In this document: one piece after another, positions 39,185 to 51,088 of the stretch
How positions within the stretch are numbered: position 1 is the first letter of the stretch
Layout of the letters: each line of letters opens with the position of its first letter
Origin: Octopus bimaculoides
Taxonomy: Eukaryota
Reading direction: 5' to 3'
Length of the DNA stretch: 64,000 bases
Assembly (NCBI RefSeq): GCF_001194135.2
Contig: NC_068982.1
Coordinates: 38,302,868 to 38,366,867, forward strand
Notes under the pieces: generated by a model
The model's database searches: none
Told to the model about the DNA's origin: nothing
The model's input: the letters and a program-made list of their open reading frames with translations, nothing else
Made by a program: the position numbers and the translations under genes

Positions 39185-39530
39185 CTAAAAACTAGGAAGA
39201 AATAATCCACCAAGGGAAGGTATGTCAGAAGAAAGTAATTCAACAACGCGGGTTGATGAACCGTAAGACGTGTGGCCAGAACCTCCTGGAAAATAACCAT
39301 AGCGAGGGACATTCCACAGTTGAATTAGAACAGTCACAAACAGTGAAAGAAGACATGCACCCAACACCAGAGCTGAAGACACCTCCGAAAGGAGGGGCCC
39401 CGCCACGTCAAAACGGTAGAGGAGTAGGGGCCGAAACCGGACGTGGTTCCTCCTGATGATGTCTTCAGCTAACTGGATCCTATAAAGGAGCTGTTGTGGT
39501 AGCAGACCACGAAACATGGTTGAAATTCCT
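39185..39530. mobile_element. GC-rich repeat terminus (Penelope-like) with a structured core
   Basis: cctgatgatg...gtggtagcagaccacgaaacatg resembles PLE terminal hammerhead-derived motifs. GC-rich island in AT-rich DNA. Confidence 0.45.
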
Positions 39531-40990
39531 ATTGTATGCTGAGTAAATTATTGGTGAAGCAACGACAATTTATGATTCTAATGTATAAAATGACGATTAA
39601 TAGCATATTTATTTCTCAGCTTTGATAACAATTATATAACTGTTGGACAACAAACACCAGAAATAACAAAATCAATTAACACTTAATCAACAAGACGAAA
39701 CTCATCATGTTTTAATATGATTTTAATACTCTATATATGACACACGTGTCGGGTTGTTACAAATTAAAAATGTATACAAACGAAGGAACATGAATGTAAA
39801 TGTGTCAATAAATAAATGCTAAATATTTCAGTCTATAATAATTTTTGCTGTAACGTTGAAACTTATCAAAAGCATATTTCAATGAAATCTGTAAACGTGT
39901 GGTTCTTTCGAAAACAAAGTTCGTAATATGTTACGTTGTTATCATGCCTCTGTAGAAACGAAGAAATGAAGCCACTAACAACATGGTCAAAGTGTATTCG
40001 GTGTAACCGGGAATAAAATAATTTCTAACAAAGGTACAAAGTCACAAATTTTTAGGGAGGCATATAGTCACTTATATCATCCTCAGTATTTGATCGTCTC
40101 CATTCGGATGAAAAGCGTAATCGACCCCGATGGGATTTGAAGTCAGAACATAAAGAGTCATAAATAAATAACGCTCTACGAATTCTGCAGCCAACTGCCT
40201 AAAGTACAGACTCTGTATCGAAAACATTTTCTTCAAAATATATGCAAATTATATGTCTCCTACAAAATTTACTGGTAATTATGAGTATGCCGTCTAAATA
40301 TTTGTTCAGATGTCACATGATCGAGTTATCTTTACATTTAAGAATTGCAATATAGAAAATTAAAATAAATGTATATTTTTTTTATAAAATCAAAATAGTA
40401 TGTCATATTTCTTGCGAGATAATTATNNNNNNNNNNNNNNNNNNNNNNNNNNNNNNNNNNNNNNNNNNNNNNNNNNNNNNNNNNNNNNNNNNNNNNNNNN
40501 NNNNNNNNNNNNNNNNNNNNNNNNNNNNNNNNNNNNNNNNNNNNNNNNNNNNNNNNNNNNNNNNNNNNNNNNNNNNNNNNNNNNNNNNNNNNNNNNNNNN
40601 NNNNNNNNNNNNNNNNNNNNNNNNNNNNNNNNNNNNNNNNNNNNNNNNNNNNNNNNNNNNNNNNNNNNNNNNNNNNNNNNNNNNNNNNNNNNNNNNNNNN
40701 NNNNNNNNNNNNNNNNNNNNNNNNNNNNNNNNNNNNNNNNNNNNNNNNNNNNNNNNNNNNNNNNNNNNNNNNNNNNNNNNNNNNNNNNNNNNNNNNNNNN
40801 NNNNNNNNNNNNNNNNNNNNNNNNNNNNNNNNNNNNNNNNNNNNNNNNNNNNNNNNNNNNNNNNNNNNNNNNNNNNNNNNNNNNNNNNNNNNNNNNNNNN
40901 NNNNNNNNNNNNNNNNNNNNNNNNNNNNNNNNNNNNNNNNNNNNNNNNNNNNNNNNNNNNNNNNNNNNNNNNNNNNNNNNNNNNNNNNNN

Positions 40991-41043
<53 letters not shown>

Positions 41044-41206
41044 TATATACTTTTTAGCTGACATTTTATACATACCATCAGATTAATATATCCAGCCTAA
41101 CATAAAATATTTTCTTAGCAGGATTCATAAGAAAATACAAAAATAAGTATTTTGATTACTTGTTAACAATTATGTCATAGGTTTATTTTGAAATAATACC
41201 CCATTG

Positions 41207-41644
41207 TTAGTTAATATAATGTTCATCTCTTGATTTTCGTATTATCACGGGCCAGAAAATAACAAGTATAATGGTAACTAAAGTAATAGAAATACCCGTA
41301 ACACTGACAATCATTGACAATCGGCCTTTATATCGACCTCCTTCGAAATTACCAGCCTCAAATTCTTTGTTCGATTTAATTGATAATAAAACAGCGATAA
41401 CACCAAATGGTAAGTTAAAGCAAATGAGAACAACTACTGCTAGGCCGATGTAATTTGTGGTCCGCGGTGGTAAGGGTTGACTCAGTGTGCAATTATCAGG
41501 CTGTGTTATAATAACTCGGCCACATTTCTGATCTGATATTTTCAATGATGTGTAGTGGACCGAGTTTGAACGAACTGGCGTGACACGATACTTCTGGCAT
41601 GCGATGTTAACTTCATCTGTCGTTGGGGAGGAATAACACAACAT
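41207..41644 (-). CDS. CD225/dispanin family membrane protein (IFITM/PRRT/SynDIG-like), 145 aa
   Basis: PPRTTNYIGLAVVVLICFNLPFGVIAVLLSIKSNKEFEAGNFEGGRYKGRLSMIVSVTGISITLVTIILVIFW shows the CD225 layout (hydrophobic helix with C-F..P.G, intracellular loop with G(D/N)..G, C-terminal TM). Start context tccaccATG, an in-frame upstream stop, and AATAAA about 20 nt after the stop (41182-41187). Confidence 0.88.
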   Translation of the reverse strand: MLCYSSPTTDEVNIACQKYRVTPVRSNSVHYTSLKISDQKCGRVIITQPDNCTLSQPLPPRTTNYIGLAVVVLICFNLPFGVIAVLLSIKSNKEFEAGNFEGGRYKGRLSMIVSVTGISITLVTIILVIFWPVIIRKSRDEHYIN

Positions 41645-42315
41645 GGTGGAAAATGTATCCTCGCGTCTTTAAACAGTGGATAATAATTGGTGGTGATGTT
41701 CGACCGCGATGCAGGTTGGTCATTCACTTGGTAGACGAATTTAATGATTCCAGGATTCTTATTATGATCAAGCTATACTACATTGTATATCTGTAAGAGA
41801 TGAATAATAAACGTTTTTAAAAAAGTTGACACCAAACGGGCACATATTTTAGCTAGACAATAACATCATATATGGAGAATGAGAGATTCATTTTTTGTTT
41901 TAAATAAAAATGCTGTTCTGTTATTTCAACATATTTCGAGATCCATCATTAATATCTAATTTATTTTGTATTCGCAGTATTATTGTTCTGCTCCTCTGAC
42001 TGCCTGACCTTTAGCAGCTGTAGTGCTCTATAAATGCATTCATTCATTTCATTTATTCTCAGCCACTGAAAAAATAAAAATAGTAATTAGATATTTCTGT
42101 TGGAAGACAATGAAAAAAAAAATTCTCAGAAATTAACTGGTAATCCATATTCATTTGAGTTTGGATTTCAAATTGATAGTCAGTCTCATTATTCTGCACA
42201 ACCTAAAAAGTAGAATTATACCAGAGCAATATAAAATACTTTGCAAGTAAAGAAGAAAAAAAAAATGTTTCTAAAATAGCTTCTAAAATAAAATATTCCT
42301 AAAATTTTGTTTTAG

Positions 42316-42428
42316 AGGTCCATGGTGACCAAACCAATGGATGTCAACCAATGGATATTTCGCATTCTGTCACTAATGTTGGGCTGTATTCATGTCATAA
42401 ACTAGACCCATCGGCCCAAACAATTGTG
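42316..42428 (+). CDS. Candidate exon (VHGDQTNGCQPMDISHSVTNVGLYSCHKLDPSAQTIV)
   Basis: ttttgttttag acceptor and TG|GTATGA donor, open in phase 1. Another acceptor lies at 42740. No family recognised. Confidence 0.25.
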
Positions 42429-44339
42429 GTATGAAAGGATGTAATTGTGGATGGAGTTCACTGTTAAAATATAGTTTTACAGTTACCTCGTTGAAGAATC
42501 AGTTTGACTATTTAAGAACACAAAAACAGTTACGATAACTTTCGCATATTTCTTCATAATATTAGCTACTGTGAAGTTTCAGTAATCAGTAAACAGACAT
42601 TTCTATTTAGAAATAAACGAACGTGAATAAAATACTTTTTTCATGACTTTTTCACGGTGTAATTATTTCGGTCTTGACACAAAGCTTCATATCTAGTCAC
42701 TTATCAAACAAATACAACTCTAAAACTATTTATTTTTTAGGTCCGAGTTAATATCGTTTCATGAAGTTGCTGAACATCTTGAGAATTCATTTCCTCACGT
42801 TTCGATTGGAATAACAAATTTCAATATATAAATATTTTTTAAAGCTTCAATTAGTTTTCTGGTTACTAATAAGCGTTCATTTGAATTGGTGAAAATGTAT
42901 CGTGAACATTTAAAGGAAGATATCTTGTTTGCAGTGTGTTGAACGCAGATGTTTTCGATTTCTGTTTCATTTGCCTGAAAACTTGAAGTGTTGCTAAATG
43001 TAAAATAGTGTAGGTGTGCGTTTATGGAGAACCTTTCAAAATTCTCAAACGTATGATCTTTTTTTAAATACCAACCAAATATTATTCGATACATCTTTTA
43101 CGAGAGAGTGAATTAGAAATACAAAAGTATGTGAAATATGCAATCAGATGTGAAGGATAACTCTTTTTATGTTTAGAAGTCTCTGAAATATAAAAAAATA
43201 GAGAGTGGATTTATTTTTGTAATTATTCAGTAAAAAAATTAACAGTAGTATAACTATTAATAACCCCCAAAAGATCAAGAAATCCGAACAGTAGTGCATA
43301 TTGTTTCAATTTTAATCGGATAGGGGTTGATAACGTGATTGTCTACAAAGCCAGTTGTAGGAAATGGAGCGTAAAATGGATTTAGAATGTACTTGAATGG
43401 GTTCAGAACATCCAACATGCACAGGAATGAGTTACAAGCGGAATTTATAACTTATTCAATCTTTATACTATCAAGTTCTGGTTATTCGGATTAAGAAAAC
43501 CAGAAAGCAGTTTTAATGACTTATTGGAAGAGGAAGGGTACCATTACCATTTGCATACACTGGTGAACTAGTTACGGTGAATGCCTTTAATATTTATCTT
43601 GAACTTCTGAAGGTTGATGCACATAGGAAAAACAAGGTCAGAAAATGTGTTCCATTACGATGTGGATATGAGCACGAAAGAATGAAACATGTGTATAACG
43701 AGGAAAAATAGGGATGTCAAAGGCAAGGAGTGGACCAGAATGAAAATGGTGTATAGAAGAGAAATAGAACGAGGAAATGGACGTCACCAGGAAATACGTT
43801 TTGCGTTACGGAATTCCACATTTACAAGATTTACAGAAACGCAAACCAACCAGGATATGCAAATACGCGTGTGTATGAGCGCGCGCGTATTTAAAAAAAT
43901 TGAAAAGATGGCATTTAAAATTTCACATTTTGTATTGTCAATGTACATTTGGTATGTTTTTTTTTGTCTGTATATTTGTGCGTATATGTGTGTGCTTATG
44001 TAATCATTCGAAAATAGGAAGATTTTTTAAAATCATATAATTTGGTTGGACTGAATTGGTCTAGAGGATTTAGATGAAGGTATGTCATATAAGTATGTTA
44101 AAACGAAATTGATATGTGATTTGTAAGGCTTTTATCTTGAGTAATATATGTACAAGGAGAATTTTTATTGGCATAGCAGAGCTTTATATTAAAAGATTCA
44201 AACATGAAGAGAAATCTGAAGCGAAATGGTTGTACAAAAATTAACTATGATCTTTTTTTAGAGACAAAGAAAAAAAAAGGTGACAATGTGATAATATTTT
44301 AGCTTTTATGTGTAAATGGTAGTTCTAGTAATAAAATAG

Positions 44340-45036
44340 GGACCTTTGTGATTTGACGGGCAACATTTTTTTATGTAGTGTTTTTGGTACCGAAACACTT
44401 TCAAACTTCGTATACTTGTATATTTTGTGGTATAGAACAAATAATAAATTTTGTATTCGAAGTTATTTCACGTTAAAAATTGTCTTATTTCGATAATTTC
44501 AACTAATCACTGACGTCTATTCAGTTGAATACAGTAAGTGCTGTGACGGTGTATATGGTATTAATCCCCGTTAGTTCTGACATTTCCGATTAACTAGACT
44601 GTTCGTAAACAAAGGGGAAAAAGCCATCAAAATACTTGAATATTGCCTGCACTTGTTATTGGAGCTACCAGAATTATTAATGCNNNNNNNNNNGAGTGAG
44701 GTTATGGGGAAAATATACACACACAGATACGCACAGCGTAATTTATTATATAAACAATATATGCGTATAAATTACGATTAAACCGGATGAAATATGTCAC
44801 AGGGAATAACATTTTTATGACCGGCAGCACTGACTGTATTCAGCTGAATAGACGTCAGTGATTGGTTGAAATTACAGAAATACGACAACTTTAACATGAA
44901 ATAACTTGCGATGTACAATTTTTTGTTAAGAAGGCTAAGAGAAAAAGTTGTTTTGTATGACACATTCTACCAGTGTCCCAAGTTTGAAAGTGTTTCGTTA
45001 AGAAAACAAGTGTTGCCCGTCAAATCACAAAGATCC
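44340..45036. mobile_element. MITE with TIRs and 8-bp TSD (TAAAATAG), related to 12307-12863
   Basis: TIRs gga(c/t)ctttgtgatttgacgggcaaca. TSD taaaatag at 44332-44339 and 45037-45044. Subterminal arms and inner inverted repeats are shared with the 12.3-kb MITE. Confidence 0.9.
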
Positions 45037-45625
45037 TAAAATAGTACAAGGAGGTTACAGGGTCACGCCGTTAGTAGGATGGTGAGAGGAGGTGCTATGC
45101 TAAGAGAAGTTAAGCTAAGTTAGGAAGAATGAAGGACAGGAAGAGCGAATGGGCAGAAGAAAGAGATAATTGAAGAGTCAGCAATTAGCGATGGGGAAAT
45201 CAAAAGCTAAGAATGAAAGACGACAGAATTGAACAATAATGAAAACACGATGGAAAATGTAGAAAAATGACAAAATGAAATAATGAAAAAATGAAAAAAT
45301 AAAAACATGACGAGAAGCTGAGGTAGTTTGAAAGGTTTTGATAGATTCTAATAAATTACATGAACAGTGAAGAGTGAGGAGGCCCTTGGAAATCTTCGTT
45401 TGAAAATCCCAGAACGTTTTTCCTTTTAATTTTTCATAAGTTCAAAAGTTTAAAAGGTCTAATGGCTTTTTGAGAGATAGATAGATAGCAGGCAGACAGA
45501 CAGACTGATAGATAGATAGATAGATAGATAGATAGGGGAGAATATACAAAAAATAACAACAGACGAGGACAGGTGGTGTAAATAACAAAAGTATATATTA
45601 GTATGACGCTCGGGAATACGGAAAG

Positions 45626-45662
45626 TCTTTGACGTTTCGAGCTACGCTCTTCAACAGAAAGA
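45626..45662 (-). ncRNA. Minimal type-I hammerhead ribozyme candidate (PLE-type)
   Basis: Minus strand: UCUUU-CUGUUGA-A-GAGC(GUA)GCUC-GAAA-C-GUC-AAAGA. It has a 5-bp stem I, a 4-bp stem II, a palindromic ACGU stem III and a GUC site. Confidence 0.6.
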
Positions 45663-46258
45663 ATACGGAGACAAGGAGAAAAACACGGAGAAAAAAAATT
45701 GAATAGTGTTCAGTCAACGGTCAATCATAATAATGGCCGATCATAACAATGACTGACCGGAAGTTAGAAATTCTTATTTCAGGAGNNNNNNNNNNNNNNN
45801 NNNNNNNNNNNNNNNNNNNNNNNNNNNNNNNNNNNNNNNNNNNNNNNNNNNNNNNNNNNNNNNNNNNNNNNNNNNNNNNNNNNNNNNNNNNNNNNNNNNN
45901 NNNNNNNNNNNNNNNNNNNNNNNNNNNNNNNNNNNNNNNNNNNNNNNNNNNNNNNNNNNNNNNNNNNNNNNNNNNNNNNNNNNNNNNNNNNNNNNNNNNN
46001 NNNNNNNNNNNNNNNNNNNNNNNNNNNNNNNNNNNNNNNNNNNNNNNNNNNNNNNNNNNNNNNNNNNNNNNNNNNNNNNNNNNNNNNNNNNNNNNNNNNN
46101 NNNNNNNNNNNNNNNNNTGGGTAGGGTGGGGTATGTGGGTAGGGGTGGGTGGTGGGTGTAAGGAATTGGATGGGGTGGAGTGGGAAGGTAGAGTAGGAGT
46201 GTGTTGGGGTGTGGTGGGATGAGCTTATGAGGGGGTGTTGACGAGGAGGGAGAAGGGG

Positions 46259-46291
<33 letters not shown>

Positions 46292-46439
46292 GGATGGATG
46301 GATGGATGGATACATAATACATACATACATACATACATACATAGAGGGGACCTGCTGGTCGTGTGTGGTCTGTGTATAGCCTTGTTAGTTCTTGGGTTAA
46401 TGGGTGAAGTGAGCGCTTTCGGATCTACAAACTTTCATC

Positions 46440-46935
46440 AAGCGTTCCATGATGGTTATTACTGCTGCCGTTGGTTAGAGGTTCTGGAGGCAGTAAATGA
46501 ACTTCCAGCCGTCAAGTTCATTTCGGCGGTTGAGGCTGGGCGCTTTCTTCCTGATGAAATGTGCCTTCTTTATTTGTAAGTTGACTGCGTCTGTTCCCCT
46601 GGCCAATATCCGGGTGGAGAACTCCCCATCGCAGTGATGGCGGTGTTGGAATACGGCGCTGGGTGTTGTAGCTCTGTGATGATGCGCTTTCACTCTGACG
46701 TGAAGCTGTCGTTTAGTCGGTCCAATATATTTTTCTCCGCAAGTACAGATCATCTCGTATATCACGTGAGTTTGAAAACATAGCCAGACGCTGTCCGTTG
46801 GCTGTTTGGCTTTGATGGGGCATTGGTTCAGGCAGCATGTGTTCTGGAAGAGGTAGTGTCTGAGGGTGTGGCCCCTCCTCGTGATTCTGGCGTCATTCCT
46901 TAGTTTGTTTTTCGCAGCACGGAAGGTTGACATAT
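46440..46935 (-). mobile_element. Penelope-like element GIY-YIG endonuclease fragment
   Basis: CFQTHVIYEMICTCGEKYIGPTKRQLHVRVKAH...AVFQH...LQIKKAHFIRKKAPSLNR. Confidence 0.85.
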
Positions 46936-46984
46936 GTCTTTCGGTTTTCCTCTTTCTCTTTCTCTACTTACCGCTATCCTTTCG

Positions 46985-47132
46985 TCGTTATCGAAGTTGC
47001 TGTTGTTGGTGTTGGTGTTGTTGCTGTTGTCGCAGTGACTATTGTTATCGTTCTTGTTGCTGTGATAGTGATTGTTGGGATTCCTGTTGTTGTTGTTGTG
47101 GTTGTTGTTGTTGTGGTTGTTGTTGTTGTTGT

Positions 47133-47167
<35 letters not shown>

Positions 47168-47315
47168 TTGTTGGTGTTGTTGTCATGGTCACTGTGGTTG
47201 TTGCGGTGGCCGTCGCTGTTGCCGCCACTGTTGTTGCTGCCGTTGTTGTTCTTCTTGTTCTGTATCCTCTTCTTAGTCTCGCTGCTGCTGCTGTTGTTGT
47301 TGTTATTGTTGTTTG
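46985..47315. repeat. (GTT)n-rich low-complexity tract
   Basis: Directly visible. Confidence 0.9.
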
Positions 47316-47502
47316 CAGAATCGCCTCCATCGACGTTTGTTTCATGGTTTAAGTGTTCTTTGAAGAAAAACACTTTTGAAAAAAAGAGAATTGATATGAG
47401 TTTCTGTAAACGATATTTGTAATTTCGAGAGGATCGAATTTTTGATGAGATATTTCTTACTTTTATAATTTATACATTAAAAAAAAAAAGACTAAGTTCT
47501 TA

Positions 47503-47664
47503 CCCTTTTGATACCAACCCGTCTGAAAATGCCCCAGGTTTTATGGCACAAACTTCCTGTTTTAAAACGATCTAAATTAAAACCTTCCATCAAAACTCCA
47601 TAATTTATGTTCCATATACCAGCTTAACGACAAAAGTTATTTCAACAATATGCTAACAAAAGGG
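47503..47664. mobile_element. piggyBac-type MITE
   Basis: Termini cccttttg(a)ta and ta(a)caaaaggg. TTAA follows on the right; the left has tta. Confidence 0.6.
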
Positions 47665-48599
47665 TTAATTTTCGGATTTTGATGAAACTATTTAAAATAC
47701 ATTTTGAGATATTTTTATGCAGTATTTCAAAACGTTAGAATTTTCAGTCGTCTTTGGATTTAATATTGGAAGAGACGCAAAACCAATTTATGCAGAAGTC
47801 AATGTGTTGATAAATTTACTTCGGCATATTACCGGTATTAATTTTATCGACGCGATATTGATGTAAGCCAAAATAATTCCCTACAAATGAAACCTGGAAA
47901 CTAAAGAGAGGCGACTAACTATTAAAATGCATTTATTTTGGTGATCTATTGTTACTGCTAACTGGTCGCCCGCTTTTAAAAATATATCTACTGCATATTT
48001 TAAATATTGGTCTAACATTTTTGTCATAAAACATTAAAAATATTTTGCTTATTTCTAGGAAGGTGTGTACATTTTTTTAGGAGAGGAAAATAAGTAAAGT
48101 GTTATTCACGCCTTTCTGAGAGTATTAGAGGCGCAAGTGAGCTGAAACCAATCATTGCAGTCAGCAATTGAAACTGCATTGTTATCTTGGCTCGCTAGGA
48201 ACGTGTTGCGACAACCACCCAGATTTATTCATACCTTTTAAAATTGTTCCCTCTCGGTTCGTCGCGCACATATGGTTGTGATGCACGTGACTGGTGTACC
48301 CTTATCTGACGGGTAGTCACAATGGGTATATTGGGCTTCGTATATTTGTATCCCAGTGTCACGTAAATGACATGCATTGCTCTCTCTCTCTCTCTCTCTC
48401 CCTCTCTCAATATTAATAATAATAATAGTTGTTTCTAATTTAGACACAAGGTCAGAAATCCGAGGATGCGTGTTAGGTGATTAAACGAGCACCAATAATT
48501 AATTGGTACTTTATTTTATCGACATCCGAAAGAATGGAAGACAAAACAGGTGTTGGCGGATTATAGCAACAAAAACGACGACAGCGATAATGGTTTCTA

Positions 48600-50170
48600 T
48601 TTGAGAAAGCTCTTTAGTCACTGTACGCTATTCTGCTGCCTAGTTCTAACCCATTAACAAATCTGCTGAATGATACCCATTAGTGTTTGAGTATGTTAAG
48701 GACAAATTAATAAACACAATCTATGATAAATGACTTAAAGCTATTTAGAAGGGCAATACCAAATTGATAGACCTACAAAAAGTTGTCCATGAATTTAGCT
48801 AGGATATAAAATTAAGTAGACAAATATGCCTAAACTACGAGAAGAATAATCAAATTAACTGAAACCCGAAAACAATAAATTAGTTCCAGACAATAAAATC
48901 AGAGAATTAGAAGAAAAGATTCCATGCACATACTGAGAAGTAAATGAATTGATAAGATTATACACGCAGAAATGACGGAAAAAATTAGAAAAAGAATGCT
49001 TGAAAAGAATCAAATTAATACTAAAGCTGAACGTAATGCAAAAAATATAAAATATATATCATATGATAAACACATTCGCCAGTTTAGCTATAAACTATTG
49101 CGTCAATATATTAATTGGAAATTAAGTGAAATGTTTGGGCAAAAAAACTACGATCTTACTAACAGGATTCCGAAGTTGCCGCTTTAAAGCCAATATAGAA
49201 AAGATATACATATACCAAACATACTATGCGCACATGGAAAATATAGCCTCATACAAATAGAGAACTACTATAAAGTAACAGCAGTGGGACCTTAAAAGAT
49301 ACTTAGAGACAAGCAAAGAGAAAAATTATTAGTTATAAGGGATCATGAGGGAAAAACAATATACATTATATATATAAGGGAACCAATAAAATATAAGACA
49401 GAAACTATTTATACCGAAGAAAAAGATTTAGATAAGGAAAAAGCAAAAAAAAAAAAAGGTTTAAAAAGAAAAGAAATCAAATGTCAGAATCAAAACGGAA
49501 TTCTAAAACATTATAAAGAATAAATGGAGAGGGGCAATAAGTCAGAGTGAAATCAAATCTAGCTCAAAAGATCTGAGCTAAAGACAGAGAAGGAAAGTCT
49601 AATTTTAGCTGCGCAGGATCAATGACTAGCCACAAATAACTGTCAGAACAAAAACAATGATGAACAAAAAAGGCTAACATCAAGTGCGTAATATGCAATT
49701 AGAACACCGATTTATGTGGCGTATGTGCTGCATATGTTGTGTGTGTTATGAAAAAGTGTTATGTGTAGGGTTGTGCTATTAAATTGAAAGTATCTGATGC
49801 AGGATATGGGTTGTGTTTAGCAGATGCATTATTTTGCCAGGTCCTAGATATTTCCACTGACTGGATCGACTCGGCATCTGTGGTTTTTGGCAATATGAAA
49901 ACACTCCAACGAAAAAATGGATAGAGAGTGGTACACTCATACGACTAGGCATGACGAAGAAACTGTCAAACTAGAAGGCTCTTGAAACTGAAATATAGAC
50001 CATATAAAATACGGAAATTAAAATTCCTCTAGCAATAATAATTGGAGCACTAGCTACAATAAAAATGCCACAAAAAAATTTTTTTTAAATTAAAATATGC
50101 GAGGGCTCACAACTTTGCTCAGAGTACAAAAGTTAGCTCTGTTAGACACAACCCAGATTCTACGTTAGGT
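48600..50170 (+). mobile_element. R4/Dong-like LINE remnant
   Basis: LILAAQDQ*LATNN, IIIGALATIK and VQKLALLDTTQILR match the R4-clade AAQDQ, IGALG and QKxALLGTAxILR motifs. Confidence 0.6.
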
Positions 50171-50833
50171 GAATTCAATTCAATAGCACACCTCTGCTAT
50201 GCATATTTTTGCATAACACATAGAGCAAATATTATGCACAAACTTCATTGAATACAATAACACAATTCGCACAACACACTACCAATCATCCAATAATATA
50301 AATGTAGTATAATGCAATATAATATAGCATAAGATAACGTACTCTACACAAGCACCACATAATAAAATAATACATTCTTACAACGTGAAGATCTGATACT
50401 ATAATACTTCCTCCATAATGTCAACAATTCACAATCTACTTGAATACCATCCTGTTATATATTACTCTCTGGACAACGCACTCGGCAGTATTTCCTCGTA
50501 TATTTAATGCATTTTTCTTTTATTGAGTAACTGAACGCCACGTATCCCGACTTTTGTTAACAGTATTTCCTCAAAAGTGAGGCTGGCTCGGTCAGGATTG
50601 AAAGGGGATCGGATCAGTTGCCAAGTTTAATAAAATTAAGAGTCTTAAACTTTTAAATCTTGCCTAATACTATAGTGAAGAAAGAAGGATTATATAAATG
50701 CAAACTCTGATTTTTTTTCTTTCTTTTTTTTCTTTCTGCTCATTAAGGAAGAGGGCACAGAATCGTAAGCGCCATGACCAAAATATTTAGCGGCGTTTCT
50801 TCCGGCTCTTTACGTTCTAAGTTCAAATTCCAC

Positions 50834-51088
50834 TGTTATTTTGTTAGGCGGAGGTGTTTTGCGTGTGTTGTATTTTGTGTTTAATATACGTTATGTCCTT
50901 CAGTGTCTGGTGATTATTGTATAGGACAGTGGTCTTGAAACTGATGAATATCAGCACCCCACTAAACATCTCTCTCTCTTTCACCCCCTCTCTCTCATCC
51001 CCTCTCTCTCCTCTCTCTTTCTCTCTCTCTCTCTGAGTGTATGTATATATACAACACACGTAAAACATCTCCGCTTAACAAAATAACA
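50834..51088. mobile_element. MITE with 39-bp TIRs (TGT...ACA termini) inserted in a SINE
   Basis: tgttattttgttaggcggaggtgttttgcgtgtgttgta at 50834-50872 versus its reverse complement at 51050-51088 (36/39). Flanked by cac on both sides. Confidence 0.8.

Noticed and set aside
39396-39446. HDV-like ribozyme
   Set aside because: The helix order fits a pseudoknot, but no P3/L3, P1.1, P4 or catalytic-C junction could be placed on either strand.
38266-41086. Long ORFs of 200-280 aa
   Set aside because: They are open only because they span N gaps (same for 45749-46342, 54574-54858 and 60152-60499).
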